64,000 bases of DNA. It comes from Chloroflexota bacterium (GTDB taxonomy: Bacteria > Chloroflexota > Dehalococcoidia > Lucifugimonadales > JADFKI01). The notes below the pieces were generated by a model. It made no database searches and was not told the origin of the DNA. It saw only the letters and a list, made by a program, of their open reading frames with translations. Positions 46,713 through 56,618 of the stretch are shown piece after piece. The translations under genes were made by a program, and so were the position numbers. The stretch covers positions 1-64,000 of the forward strand of contig JAQBUT010000016.1 of the NCBI GenBank assembly GCA_027623195.1, written 5' to 3'. Position 1 is the stretch's first letter. Every line of letters begins with the position of its first letter.

Positions 46713-47807
46713 TTACCGCTGACCGGACGCCAAAAAAGTCTTGAGCGTCTCGAGGTCCATTCCATCTATGCCCAGGTCTTCGGGTGTGCGTGCCGCTTCC
46801 CAGCCGTCGAACCCAATCACGATGGAACCAATGTCCACGAACGACCTCATGAGGGGCGTGTCCACACCGAACTGTTTCCCCACCAGACTCCATGCGGCAA
46901 TTCCGTAGGGAATGTCTTCCGTGAGCCAGCGGCTGTCCAGGGAGCCGGGGGCCTTTAGCCGAGTAAGCATCATGCTGCCGTTAATCGTAGCCCAGAGGTC
47001 CCCTTGCGGCCCAAATCCTGCATTATGGAATCCCTCGTTGGCCGGCAATAACTCGTACCCCAGGGCACTGCCTATGGCGCGGCGTTCGTCGTCCACCTGC
47101 ATGATGACCTTCGCTACAGAGGGCGAGACGCCCTCCTCGTAGAAGTAGAACTCGCCACGGGAATACTCGATGCGCCCGGCGTTCATTAGCACCCCCGCAG
47201 GATGGACCACCGGATTGATGGCTGACAGCCCTGCCGCCATCACGTCTGGGTACAGAGAAATGCCGGGAAACAGAGGGTCGACGATCTGCCTCACCCGTTC
47301 GCCGTCCGTAGCTGGCAACACGCCCATACCAAGGCTGGTCACGATGCCCCATATCGTAGCCGTATCGGGCGAGGTCTTGCGACAAACATAGGGAGCAGTG
47401 TCTACCTCCGCCAGCGTCACGCCTGTAGTTCCAGCGTCGCGCAGTACCTTTGCCCACTCGAGCGCGCCAAACGTTCCGGGTATGACCACCACCGTCTGCC
47501 CTTGCCGAATGTGAGGGGCGCACACCTCAGCGAATCGTTTGTGGGCGTAGGCAGGCACTATAAGCAACACCAGGTCCGATGCGGCCAATGCTTCCTCCGC
47601 ATCTGTAGTTACCTTTTGGATTTTGGCTGCACCCTGCTCCGCTACTCCCACCAGATTGATGATTTGGGACTCGCGTATCGGCTGTAGGGAATCTGCGAAC
47701 TCCGGTAACTCGTACAGGGTGATCTCGTGACCCTGGAGGCTCAGGTTAGCTGCGACGGCGAAGGCTGTGTTACCGCCTCCCAAGATGGTTACAGATCTGT
47801 TGCTCAT
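46713..47807 (-). CDS. NAD/NADP octopine/nopaline (opine) dehydrogenase family protein
   Basis: ILGGGN, VPAYAH, NPVVHP..LMNAGRIE, FY.EG, D.ER, RWLTEDIPYG. Confidence 0.88.
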   Translation of the reverse strand: MSNRSVTILGGGNTAFAVAANLSLQGHEITLYELPEFADSLQPIRESQIINLVGVAEQGAAKIQKVTTDAEEALAASDLVLLIVPAYAHKRFAEVCAPHIRQGQTVVVIPGTFGALEWAKVLRDAGTTGVTLAEVDTAPYVCRKTSPDTATIWGIVTSLGMGVLPATDGERVRQIVDPLFPGISLYPDVMAAGLSAINPVVHPAGVLMNAGRIEYSRGEFYFYEEGVSPSVAKVIMQVDDERRAIGSALGYELLPANEGFHNAGFGPQGDLWATINGSMMLTRLKAPGSLDSRWLTEDIPYGIAAWSLVGKQFGVDTPLMRSFVDIGSIVIGFDGWEAARTPEDLGIDGMDLETLKTFLASGQR

Positions 47808-47928
47808 TTTCCCCCTCTACGATGTAGTAACGCTGATCAACCTGCGCTATTTATGTGAGTTGGTATCTTCGCATATTGAGTCTGGCTAATTCCGCACTTT
47901 TGCTCGGAGCCTAGACTAGCATTCGACT

Positions 47929-49044
47929 TTACCCAAATCTGGCTGGACTGAAAGGCTCAATGGGAAAATCCGCCGCGCCTTTTAGTATCTGGTCAGTGAG
48001 TGCTTTTGCCATCCCCGGCCCAAGAAGAATGCCCTTGCGTCCTGCGCCTGTGGCGATGTATGCGCCCTCCAGGCCCGGCACAGGGCCAAGAATGGGAATG
48101 CCGTCCACAGAAAGGGGCCGCAGACATGCCGTGTGCTGCACTAGCTCCGCGTCCAACAGCGAGGGTATCATCTTCAATAGAGAGGCCATAATCTGATCTC
48201 TCGCCGCCGCTGTCGGGTTCTCGTCGAAGCCCGCCTCTTCCTCGGTCGTGCCGGTCCAAAGTAGGCCGTCCATCTTGGTATTTGCGTAGTTTCCCGCCCA
48301 GCCTATTGAGCAGTCGAAGGGAGCGCCCGGAGCCTTCAAGCGAAGTATCTGCCCCTTCAATGGTCGGATCGGTATGTCCAGTCCGGTCCAGGAAGACGCG
48401 TCTGCGCTCCATGGGCCTATCGCAATGACAACCGCACCGCATGGTATTTCGCCGGTCTCAGTGACGACGCCTGTCACCTTGCCGCCGCTAGTTCGGAGGC
48501 CGTTAACGTTGCCGTGTCGAACCGTAGCTCCCATCTTTTCCGCTGCCTGAGTGAGCGCCAGAATGAATTTGTAGGGCTCTACTTCTGCGACGCCTTCCAC
48601 GTAAACCCCGCCGAGAATCTCCTCAGAAACTCGGGGCTCAATCTCCATGGCCTTTGCGGCATCTACCCACTCTACGCGGTAGCCGTCCTGCTCCTGCTGC
48701 CACGCCAACGGCCCTTTGGCCTCGTCCACCTCATCCTCTGTGAAGGACAGCGAAAGCGAAGGGCGCAGGCGAAATTCCGTGGCGACTCCGGTTTCTTCCG
48801 GAAGCGACTTGGCGAACTCACTGTGAAGGCGAAGGCCCTCTTTGGCCAGAGGATACACCGGGCCGGGTATGCCTGCTCCAGACAAAGGCGTCAGGCCGCC
48901 GTAAGCGAAACCAGATGCGTGGCTTCCGACGGAGTCGCGTTCAATGACGGTACTCCGAACCCCGGCCAGGCCCAGAAAGTAAGCCGTCGCGATTCCGACT
49001 ACGCCACCGCCAACGATGACTACTTCGCTGCTGCCTGCGTTCAT
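47929..49044 (-). CDS. FAD-dependent glycine/D-amino-acid oxidase (ThiO/DadA family)
   Basis: GGGVVG, ASGFAYG, P.KGQ, LRP..DG.PILG, ATG..R.GILL. GGAGG RBS before ATG 49044. Confidence 0.85.
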   Translation of the reverse strand: MNAGSSEVVIVGGGVVGIATAYFLGLAGVRSTVIERDSVGSHASGFAYGGLTPLSGAGIPGPVYPLAKEGLRLHSEFAKSLPEETGVATEFRLRPSLSLSFTEDEVDEAKGPLAWQQEQDGYRVEWVDAAKAMEIEPRVSEEILGGVYVEGVAEVEPYKFILALTQAAEKMGATVRHGNVNGLRTSGGKVTGVVTETGEIPCGAVVIAIGPWSADASSWTGLDIPIRPLKGQILRLKAPGAPFDCSIGWAGNYANTKMDGLLWTGTTEEEAGFDENPTAAARDQIMASLLKMIPSLLDAELVQHTACLRPLSVDGIPILGPVPGLEGAYIATGAGRKGILLGPGMAKALTDQILKGAADFPIEPFSPARFG

Positions 49045-49294
49045 TATATCCTCCAAACTAGACTACTCTCACCGGCCTGTTCAGGGCCGAAAGCCCCGTG
49101 AACGCCCGAATAGGCGCAAGTGCAAACTCGAATCCTAAGTCGGTCAAACCAATGTTACCCCATTGGCCTGAAAGGCGCACCACCTGCCAATCGCCTTGGC
49201 CATTTCCCATTTGTCAGATTTTTCAGAGCAGACCTGCGTGGCCGCCGTGGGGAGGTGTTTGCATGGCCCATTTTGAGGTGCCTGACTCCGCTAC

Positions 49295-49323
49295 TTGCCG
49301 CAACCAACCCTGGTGCCTATAAT
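49295..49323 (+). promoter_or_regulatory. Putative sigma70 promoter flanked by TCCGCTAC direct repeats
   Basis: TTGCCG-N17-TATAAT; TCCGCTAC at 49287-49294 and 49323-49330. Confidence 0.55.
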
Positions 49324-49454
49324 CCGCTACGGAAGTCCCACCTTTGACAAGACGAACGACATGAAGGTCGGGGAATCCGTGACGGCTTAATTCTCGCAGT
49401 TGACTGGAACAGGCCGGAATCAAGAAAAATTTACCGTAAGGAGCTCAAGAGGGA

Positions 49455-50624
49455 ATGACAGTAGCGTCCGATGACATCGAACATTATCTGGAAGTCGCCA
49501 AAAGACTGTTTCCGAAAGTGGCGGCTGCGTCTGAACAGATTCACAATGATCGGGAGCTACCGCCCGCACTGGCTCAAGAATTGGCTGATGAGGGTTTTTT
49601 CAGACTACTATTGCCCAAGAGTCTCGGGGGCGCAGAGCTTAATTTCCTCGACTTCTTACGCATAATCCAATACATCGGGCAGGCCGACAGCAGCACGGCA
49701 TGGTGCCTTAACCAAAACAACATTTTGGCCACAAACGCTGTACGCATGCCTGAGGCAACCGCAAAGAAGATATGGAATGAGCAGAGGGCAGTGCTGACGA
49801 ACGGTCCTCCCACATACGAAGCTAAAGCGGTGCAAGTCGATGGCGGCTATAAGCTCTCCGGTCGCTGGGACTTCAGTACGGGGATACGCCACGCGACATG
49901 GGTTGCAGCATTGGCTCCGGTTACTCGGGACAGCCACGAGCAGGACAGCATAACCTCACGACGCGATTCCCGAATCTTTCTGGTCCCGAAAGAAGAGGTC
50001 GAGGTTCATGACGCGTGGGATGTAAGGGGTCTTCGTGGCACGGGCAGCTTTAGCTTCTCGGCCCTTGACATATTCGTGCCTTCCGACCATACTTACAGCA
50101 CGTCCGACCCTACTCGCGAGCCCGGACCAACCTATGCCATCCCCACGGTGCTTACCTTCGGGGCTGGTTTCGCAACTGCTGCGTTGGGCAATGCGCGGGC
50201 TAGTCTGGACGCAGTCATAAAGCTTGCCAGCACCAAGACTCCTGCATATGGCAATACCCTTCTTCGAGATATGTCTACTACGCAGCGCCAGATGGGCCAG
50301 ACCGAGGCCATGTGGCGGTCCTGCCGTGCGTACCTGCGTGAAGCAACTGCCAGGGTCTGGGAGAGCGCCAGCGTACGGGGAACCTTGACGGTCGAAGAGC
50401 GCATTGACTTGCGCCTTGCCGCCACGCACGCCATCCGTACCTCCTGCGAGGTCGTGGGCATTGCCTATAACCTTGGAGGGTCCAGCGCCGTATTCGAGAG
50501 CAGCCCTCTCCAACGTTACTTTCAGGACGCCAACGTCATGAGCCAGCAGGGTCAGGGTCGCATGCTGCATTTCGACGTGGCTGGCGCGTATCACCTGGGT
50601 CTTGAGCCAGAAGGCCTTTTCTAA
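49455..50624 (+). CDS. Acyl-CoA dehydrogenase-fold flavin-dependent monooxygenase (HsaA/NcnH-like)
   Basis: LLLPKSLGG.E, DSSTAW, SGRWDFSTG..HATW, WDVRGLRGTGS, LQRYFQDA. Confidence 0.85.
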   Translation: MTVASDDIEHYLEVAKRLFPKVAAASEQIHNDRELPPALAQELADEGFFRLLLPKSLGGAELNFLDFLRIIQYIGQADSSTAWCLNQNNILATNAVRMPEATAKKIWNEQRAVLTNGPPTYEAKAVQVDGGYKLSGRWDFSTGIRHATWVAALAPVTRDSHEQDSITSRRDSRIFLVPKEEVEVHDAWDVRGLRGTGSFSFSALDIFVPSDHTYSTSDPTREPGPTYAIPTVLTFGAGFATAALGNARASLDAVIKLASTKTPAYGNTLLRDMSTTQRQMGQTEAMWRSCRAYLREATARVWESASVRGTLTVEERIDLRLAATHAIRTSCEVVGIAYNLGGSSAVFESSPLQRYFQDANVMSQQGQGRMLHFDVAGAYHLGLEPEGLF

Positions 50625-50672
50625 CCTGCTACCCATGTCTCGTGAGCCTCGCGGCGGCGGGACCGATTCATT

Positions 50673-51710
50673 GTGGCATATTGGAGTTATTTATTGAGTT
50701 CTTCAGATTACCAGAGAGACGTAATGCCCTATTACGGGGGACTGGTCTCTTTCTTCAGGTTGCCTCCGATTGAGTTCAAGGATATTGCGGAAGGAACGAC
50801 CGTTATCGCCGGTGTGCCTATCGATAACGGCATATACGGAGGGAGACCCGGCGCGCGTTTCGGTCCAAGGGCGATCCGCGAGGCGTCTATGTTCTTCAGG
50901 GCGGGATACGAGTTGGCGCCAGATAAGACGAGAGTGGACCTGGATTCCGAGACTGCCCTACGTCTGAAGGATGCGCCCGATGTCGGAGACCTGGGCGACT
51001 TCAACATATACCCTACGGATCTGATGAAAACTACAGAGTCCGTGACTCAGGGTGTTGCGGAGGTGGTTCAGCGAGGCGGCTTCCCGGTAGTAATGGGTGG
51101 CGATCACTACGTAGCGTATCCGTCGTTCGAAGGCTTTGCCAAAGGCATGGCGGAGAGGCATGAGAATCTTCGCCTGGGATTCATACATATCGACGCCCAC
51201 ACTGACTTCAACGAAAGCAACGCGCTGGGCGGGCGCTACCACCACGGAACCATGGTACGTCGCATCAGCGAAAACCCCGCGATTGAATATAAGAACCTGG
51301 CCTGGGTTGGCCTGAACAGTCCCGTCACCGTGGACCAGTTTGAGCTGAAGCGAGAGCACAATCTGAACATGATGACGGCCCGGAACGTGCGCGACCGGGG
51401 AATTGCCGACGTTATGACCGATGCCATGAACACGGCCGCGGATGGCGTGCACGCGGTGTACGTCAGCATAGACATCGATGTAATCGACGCCCACCAGTCC
51501 ACTGGCACTGGCTCGCCCGAATTTAACGGGGTTCACACTGCCGAATTCTTTGAGGCCATGGACATGCTTAGCCGCTACGATATGCTGGCGGCCTTCGATC
51601 TGTGCGAGGTGTCGCCCGAATGGGACCCCTCAGGCCAAACTGAGCGCATCGCGGTAGATGGCATGCTCAGGGTGCTGCACCCGAGGCTTTTCGATGAGGT
51701 GAATCTGTGA
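50673..51710 (+). CDS. Ureohydrolase (agmatinase/guanidinobutyrase family)
   Basis: RPGARFGP.AIR, GGDH, HIDAHTD, HHGT, SIDIDVID, EVSP. Start may be ATG 50724. Confidence 0.9.
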   Translation: MAYWSYLLSSSDYQRDVMPYYGGLVSFFRLPPIEFKDIAEGTTVIAGVPIDNGIYGGRPGARFGPRAIREASMFFRAGYELAPDKTRVDLDSETALRLKDAPDVGDLGDFNIYPTDLMKTTESVTQGVAEVVQRGGFPVVMGGDHYVAYPSFEGFAKGMAERHENLRLGFIHIDAHTDFNESNALGGRYHHGTMVRRISENPAIEYKNLAWVGLNSPVTVDQFELKREHNLNMMTARNVRDRGIADVMTDAMNTAADGVHAVYVSIDIDVIDAHQSTGTGSPEFNGVHTAEFFEAMDMLSRYDMLAAFDLCEVSPEWDPSGQTERIAVDGMLRVLHPRLFDEVNL

Positions 51711-51747
51711 GGTGGACGATGACCATCAGTAAGCAATCAGGGAGTCG

Positions 51748-52164
51748 ATGATGTCTGGAAACCTCCGCATTACGGCAGGGCCGTACAACTTCGTGGCGAA
51801 GCAGGAAGAGGCAGCGCCTAACACCTGCGCGGCTTTCCTGGGGCAGTTGCCGTTCCGTAACAAGATCATTCACGTCCGTTGGAGCGGCGAGGCAGTGTGG
51901 GTGCCTCTCGGCGATGCGAAGATAACCTCTGAATACGAGAACCACACAACCTATCCCTCCCGTGGCGACATTCTGCTCTACCCCGGCGGAATAAGCGAAA
52001 CGGAGATCTTGATCGCTTACGGGGCTACTTCGTTCGCCAGCAAGATGGGTTCTCTGGCAGGCAACCACTTTCTTACCATAGTAGAAGGCTTGGAAAATCT
52101 GGCTGCGCTGGGCCACATGGTGCTTTGGGAAGGCGCTCAGGACATACTTTTCGAGGCCATATAG
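51748..52164 (+). CDS. DUF3830 family (cyclophilin-like fold) protein
   Basis: AP.TCAAF...LP, HVRWSGE, EN.T.YPS.G..L.YPGG.SETE, GNHFLT. Confidence 0.85.
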   Translation: MMSGNLRITAGPYNFVAKQEEAAPNTCAAFLGQLPFRNKIIHVRWSGEAVWVPLGDAKITSEYENHTTYPSRGDILLYPGGISETEILIAYGATSFASKMGSLAGNHFLTIVEGLENLAALGHMVLWEGAQDILFEAI

Positions 52165-52196
52165 GCACACTCACCACGATGGGCCTCTTCCAGAAG

Positions 52197-53951
52197 TTAC
52201 CTTACCGAGACCTTTGACCAGTGAGAATACTCAAACCCGGCGAAATTAGGATGGAACTGCTTCACCCTTGGCCACCATGTCCAGACGGAAACGCCGCCAG
52301 CAGCAACGAACCGATGCGAATCTTCCATTGCCCGCCGCTGAACTTCCAGAAATATCTTTTTGCGTTTCGTGGGGTCTAGTTCTTGGGCTTGCGACTCGAT
52401 CAGGGCATCTATATTGGCATCGTACACCGCAGTGGTGTTCCAGTGGCCTCCGCTGTGCAGAACGGTCAGCATGTATGCATTAGGAGACAACACTGGCGCC
52501 ATAGGACCGGCGAACATCTGGTAATCTCCACCCAGCCAAACATCCTCTCCGAAGTAACGTCGGTTAACGACCTCAATCGCTGGCTCAAAGCCGACAACTC
52601 GCATCTCATCCGCGATTCGTTCGGCATGCCTGAGGTAGGCCTCTCCAAAGTCCCCGACCTTTATGGTTACGGGAATAGACGTATCCCCTCTCGATTCGGT
52701 AACCAGAATCCGTGCCCGCACAACGTCGCCGAAGTAGGTGCGCATCACGTCTTGCGGCAGCAACCAGTCTGCAGCAGGGGATGGAACGCCCTGCCCTACT
52801 GTTGCCGCACCCAGCCAAATATCTTCCACGGCCGCCCACGGGTCCATCGAGAGCATAGCCGCTCGACGCAACCGTGCGTCCTGGAATGGCTCCGAGCTGG
52901 CGTTCAGGGCAACCTCAAGCCCAGTGCCCTGGTCCGGCGAAAAGAGACCAGGGGCACCCGGTACTCCTCTCAGGTGTTCCTGCCACTGAGGGGGCGACAT
53001 CTGATACACGTCGATGTTGCGCACCTGAAAGGCCGCATCACGAGTAGCTGCGTCTTGCAGCACGTGTATGTTTAGCCTATCCAGCAGAGGGTAACCCTCT
53101 TCGTAGTAGTCAGGGTTGGCGCTGAAGAAATGCCTGGTCCCCGGCCTGCTTTCTGTCAGCACCCACGGACCGGAGCCCACTGTTGGGCCGTTGGTCAGAT
53201 CGCCGGTTTGCTCCACAGCCTCCCGGGCTACTATCTTGGAATGGCCGTCTGCCAATGCCACCATGAAGTCGGCGTCCGGGGCCTTGAGACTCAGACGCAA
53301 CGTTCTCGGTCCGATGGCCTCGGCACTTTCCAGCATGTTCAGGAGGGCTGCGTTGGGGGACTCGTCTCGCTGTTGCCTGAGGTAGCTGAAGACCACATCG
53401 TCTGCGGAAACAGGCCTTCTGTTGACCGGATTAATGTCCTGCCACACGGCGTTTTCCCGTAATTCGAATGCGATCGTCGTATCGTCTAGCATGCTCCAGC
53501 GAGAGCAGAGGTCGCATTCCACCTGCAGGCTGGGGAGAGCGACCACTGGCCCCGACTGGAACCTTAAGAGCCTGCTGTACGCTATACCGGGACCCCATGT
53601 GGACAGGGCTGGTGAAACATCTTCCTGGACGTCGTAATGCGTAATGGCCTGTCGGCTGGCCAAGTTAAGGGTGCCGCCTCGAAGAGAATCGCTAACTGGA
53701 ACGGTTGGGGACGCGGCTGGGGATGGCCCTGCCGTCGGCACCGAGGCGGTGGGCGTGGCAGGTGTTATGGTTGCGAGCGCCGTTCGGGTAGGCTCAGGCG
53801 GTGCGACTGTGGTCACGGCTACGGAAGTCGCGGATGCCGTCGGTTGCAGGCCTGGCGGGTTACTTTCTGGCGAGCAGGATAGCAGCAGGATTGGGGCGAA
53901 CACAGCCAGCACCATTATCTGAAAGACAAGCGAACTGGGGCGAAGGTTCAT
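52197..53951 (-). CDS. ABC transporter family-5 substrate-binding lipoprotein with Pro/Thr linker
   Basis: Lipobox LLSC, P/T linker, RGGTL, ADDVVFS, GSGPW, NPDYY, PF.D.RLRRA. Confidence 0.88.
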   Translation of the reverse strand: MNLRPSSLVFQIMVLAVFAPILLLSCSPESNPPGLQPTASATSVAVTTVAPPEPTRTALATITPATPTASVPTAGPSPAASPTVPVSDSLRGGTLNLASRQAITHYDVQEDVSPALSTWGPGIAYSRLLRFQSGPVVALPSLQVECDLCSRWSMLDDTTIAFELRENAVWQDINPVNRRPVSADDVVFSYLRQQRDESPNAALLNMLESAEAIGPRTLRLSLKAPDADFMVALADGHSKIVAREAVEQTGDLTNGPTVGSGPWVLTESRPGTRHFFSANPDYYEEGYPLLDRLNIHVLQDAATRDAAFQVRNIDVYQMSPPQWQEHLRGVPGAPGLFSPDQGTGLEVALNASSEPFQDARLRRAAMLSMDPWAAVEDIWLGAATVGQGVPSPAADWLLPQDVMRTYFGDVVRARILVTESRGDTSIPVTIKVGDFGEAYLRHAERIADEMRVVGFEPAIEVVNRRYFGEDVWLGGDYQMFAGPMAPVLSPNAYMLTVLHSGGHWNTTAVYDANIDALIESQAQELDPTKRKKIFLEVQRRAMEDSHRFVAAGGVSVWTWWPRVKQFHPNFAGFEYSHWSKVSVR

Positions 53952-54943
53952 GCCGAGTCGCCGGTCAGCATTGGCTCGGGACTATCCGGCATACGTTTCC
54001 AGGGAAGCCTTCCACGAAGCCTCTGTGCAATCTGCAATCCCTCTCTTGGAAGGAATATCGCTGCAATAATAGTTGGAGGCAGGAAAAATACGGCATGGCA
54101 TATCAGAGCAAAGCCGAGTCCTGCTTCACGCTCAACGCCGAAGCGCTCCAGTATGATCAGCATTGCGTACTCAAATGTGCCGAGGGCGCTTGGCGCGGAT
54201 GGCATAGTCGTCGCGATGAATATAGTACCCATTATTGTTACCATTGCCGTGATCGGTGATATGGGTAGTCCCACCCCTACCGCCACAAACCAGGAGGCCA
54301 CACCCACGGTCAGCCAAAACAGTATGCTTAGGAGCAGCGACGCTATAAGCCTGTCGGGATGCTTCTCCAACTCGGACACAGCCCATGAGAGCGAACTAAG
54401 AAAAGGGACCTTTCTAATGAGTTCAAAGTTTTGTCCTGCCCAGCTAATCGTCTTCACGCCGACTATTGCCAGAATTATCACCGCCGCCGGCACCCAAAGG
54501 TAATCGCTAAACTGCCGCATCTGGGGAACGAAGAAGACCGCAGCCAGCAATATCATAGCGCTCGATATGGTGTCAATTATGCGTTCCATGCCAAGCGTCG
54601 CTATCGCTGTAGAGGGCTGCACGCCATCTCTGACGGTGAGAATTGCTACCTGGGCCGGGTCGCTGGCGACGCGCACGGGCAACATGTTGTTCAGCCCTAT
54701 ACCCTCGTTTTGGATAATAAAAAGTCGAGAGCTTGATATAGGGAAATTAATGAAGAGACAGCGCCAACGCACTGCTCGGAGGAAACCAGCCATCATGAAG
54801 AGTATGACGGCGCCCATAACTACAGGAGGGGAAACATCTCTCAACGAATGGCCCACCTGGTCCCAGTCCAACCCTCTGAATACAAGCCATACCATAAGAC
54901 TGCTGAGGACCAGTCCCAGTGAGATACGGCCGAATTTCGTCAT
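53948..54943 (-). CDS. Lysylphosphatidylglycerol synthase TM-domain/flippase-like protein (UPF0104)
   Basis: RAVRW, NNMLP.R, ERIID, PSAPSALGTFE. Start 54943 or 54955. Confidence 0.82.
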   Translation of the reverse strand: MTKFGRISLGLVLSSLMVWLVFRGLDWDQVGHSLRDVSPPVVMGAVILFMMAGFLRAVRWRCLFINFPISSSRLFIIQNEGIGLNNMLPVRVASDPAQVAILTVRDGVQPSTAIATLGMERIIDTISSAMILLAAVFFVPQMRQFSDYLWVPAAVIILAIVGVKTISWAGQNFELIRKVPFLSSLSWAVSELEKHPDRLIASLLLSILFWLTVGVASWFVAVGVGLPISPITAMVTIMGTIFIATTMPSAPSALGTFEYAMLIILERFGVEREAGLGFALICHAVFFLPPTIIAAIFLPREGLQIAQRLRGRLPWKRMPDSPEPMLTGDSA

Positions 54944-55070
54944 ATTAGAATGCATGGTTGAATGGAAAACCCCTGGAGCCCAAGGGCCGCATGGGCGATG
55001 TACCGTCTCTGTAGTATAATCAATGCTGCCTACCAATACCACGTAAACAGGTACCCTTCAGCTTACACTT

Positions 55071-55880
55071 ATGCTCATAGACTGCCACGTCCACCTTGAC
55101 TCTTATACGAACGATGAGGTCTTTGAGATTCTCCAGAGAGGCCGCGATGTTGGCGTGGGATTCGTTATATCCGCAGGCACCACGTTAGCGTCCACACAGC
55201 GCTCGTTGGAACTTTCGAAAACATTCCCGGACTTCTTTTCGGGCGTGGGCATACACCCCATGGATATAGAAGAACCGTTCGACGATTCCACGTACGAACG
55301 CCTACGAGACATGGCCCTATCTACAGACAAGGTGCTGGTCGTAAGTGAGATTGGCCTGGACTTCATGGAAGGCATGCCAGACAGAGCGTTACAGTACGAA
55401 GCGTTTCGTCAGCAGATAAGGCTTGCTCGAGACCTGGGTAGGCCTGTAATTTTCCACAGCCGCGAATCACACGACGAGGCGTTCCGAGTGCTGCGAGAGG
55501 AGAAGGCCTATGAGGTCGGCGGAGTGATGCACTACTTTCAGGGCACTTTGGATGACGCCCGGAAGGTGTTGGACATGGGGTTATACATTTCTCTGGCAAG
55601 ACCACTTCTGAGATTGCCACACCTTCAAGCCGTGGCTGCCGAACTTCCTCTTGATAGCATCGTTCTGGAGACAGACTCCGCGCCACAGCCGTTCAAACCC
55701 AAGCGTGAGAACTGGACGGAGCCCCGGTATACGCGATTCATAGCGGAAAAGCTCGCCGAGCTACAAGGCAAGGACGTGGAGGAGGTAGTGCAAGCCACTA
55801 CCGCCAACATGAGGAATTTGCTTGGAGACGGCTGGGCCACAGTGGAGACTTACGTCCAGGGCGCCCGAATCGGCGATTAG
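55071..55880 (+). CDS. tatD: TatD family hydrolase
   Basis: IDCHVH, GIHP, EIGLD, FHSRE, MHYF, LETD. Confidence 0.9.
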   Translation: MLIDCHVHLDSYTNDEVFEILQRGRDVGVGFVISAGTTLASTQRSLELSKTFPDFFSGVGIHPMDIEEPFDDSTYERLRDMALSTDKVLVVSEIGLDFMEGMPDRALQYEAFRQQIRLARDLGRPVIFHSRESHDEAFRVLREEKAYEVGGVMHYFQGTLDDARKVLDMGLYISLARPLLRLPHLQAVAAELPLDSIVLETDSAPQPFKPKRENWTEPRYTRFIAEKLAELQGKDVEEVVQATTANMRNLLGDGWATVETYVQGARIGD

Positions 55881-55934
55881 TACAGAGTATTGGGAACATA
55901 TATGAAGCGAATTACCATTTCGTCTTAGCGACGC

Positions 55935-56474
55935 TTACATGCGGCCTACGGACTGTATGGGAACAAGAAGTGCGGGAACTATAAATATTCCGATCGTCCA
56001 TGCCACAGAGTTTACAATGATGGCCCTGACCCAATCGATCTCATGCGTTTCCTTAATCGCCACCAGGCCAGCAGGGTACAACCAGATAAAGGAAAGCGGA
56101 AATAGGTACGCTCCGGCCCAGGGTATGTCAAATAGAATACCAAGAACCCCAGGCCCAAAAGTGAAGCCCAAATTCCTAAGAAGCTGTCTGAATCCGGCTT
56201 TCCCGCCCAGAATTCGGCCAAGCAAGAAAGCAAGCACAGTCCACAAGACCCAGCTGGTCACTTTGGAGCTCGCCGCCATCGCAATGATCACGGAAGATGG
56301 CGCATCTGGAAACGATAATATACTGGCGTTTTTTAGCCCCAAACCAAATGCTACTGCGGCCAGCAGTACGATGCCCAGCGCATAAAACATCTCCCTCGGA
56401 TCGTCCCCAATTTCGCGGTACAGCCGCCCGTCCAGAATTGTCGCTCTTAACGCCCTTGCCAGCACCGTTTTCAC
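55935..56474 (-). CDS. Yip1-like membrane protein
   Basis: About 5 TM segments; RA..LD..LY.E, LGGKA.F.QLLR.LGF..GP pattern. Confidence 0.65.
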   Translation of the reverse strand: MKTVLARALRATILDGRLYREIGDDPREMFYALGIVLLAAVAFGLGLKNASILSFPDAPSSVIIAMAASSKVTSWVLWTVLAFLLGRILGGKAGFRQLLRNLGFTFGPGVLGILFDIPWAGAYLFPLSFIWLYPAGLVAIKETHEIDWVRAIIVNSVAWTIGIFIVPALLVPIQSVGRM

Positions 56475-56486
56475 TCTCCCCCAAAA

Positions 56487-56563
56487 CTGTGGAATTCAAC
56501 CTGTGGAATTCTACCAGATTGCTGCCAAGCTCCCTTAAAACGTGGCCAGGTGAATTCACCTGG
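56487..56563. repeat. CTGTGGAATTC direct repeat x2 plus perfect 18-bp palindrome CCAGGTGAATTCACCTGG
   Basis: Repeats at 56487-56497 and 56501-56511; palindrome at 56546-56563; TATAAT at 56572-56577. Confidence 0.7.
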
Positions 56564-56618
56564 AATATATGTATAATGCTAGTTAAATTTTATTTGAATA
56601 AACTATAAGCCACATATT

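Noticed and set aside
49045..49454. TPP, glycine or guanidine riboswitch
   Set aside because: No CTGAGA/ACCTGA TPP core and no GGAGA..CCGAAG glycine core; GACAAGACG resembles guanidine-III but its pseudoknot partner is absent.
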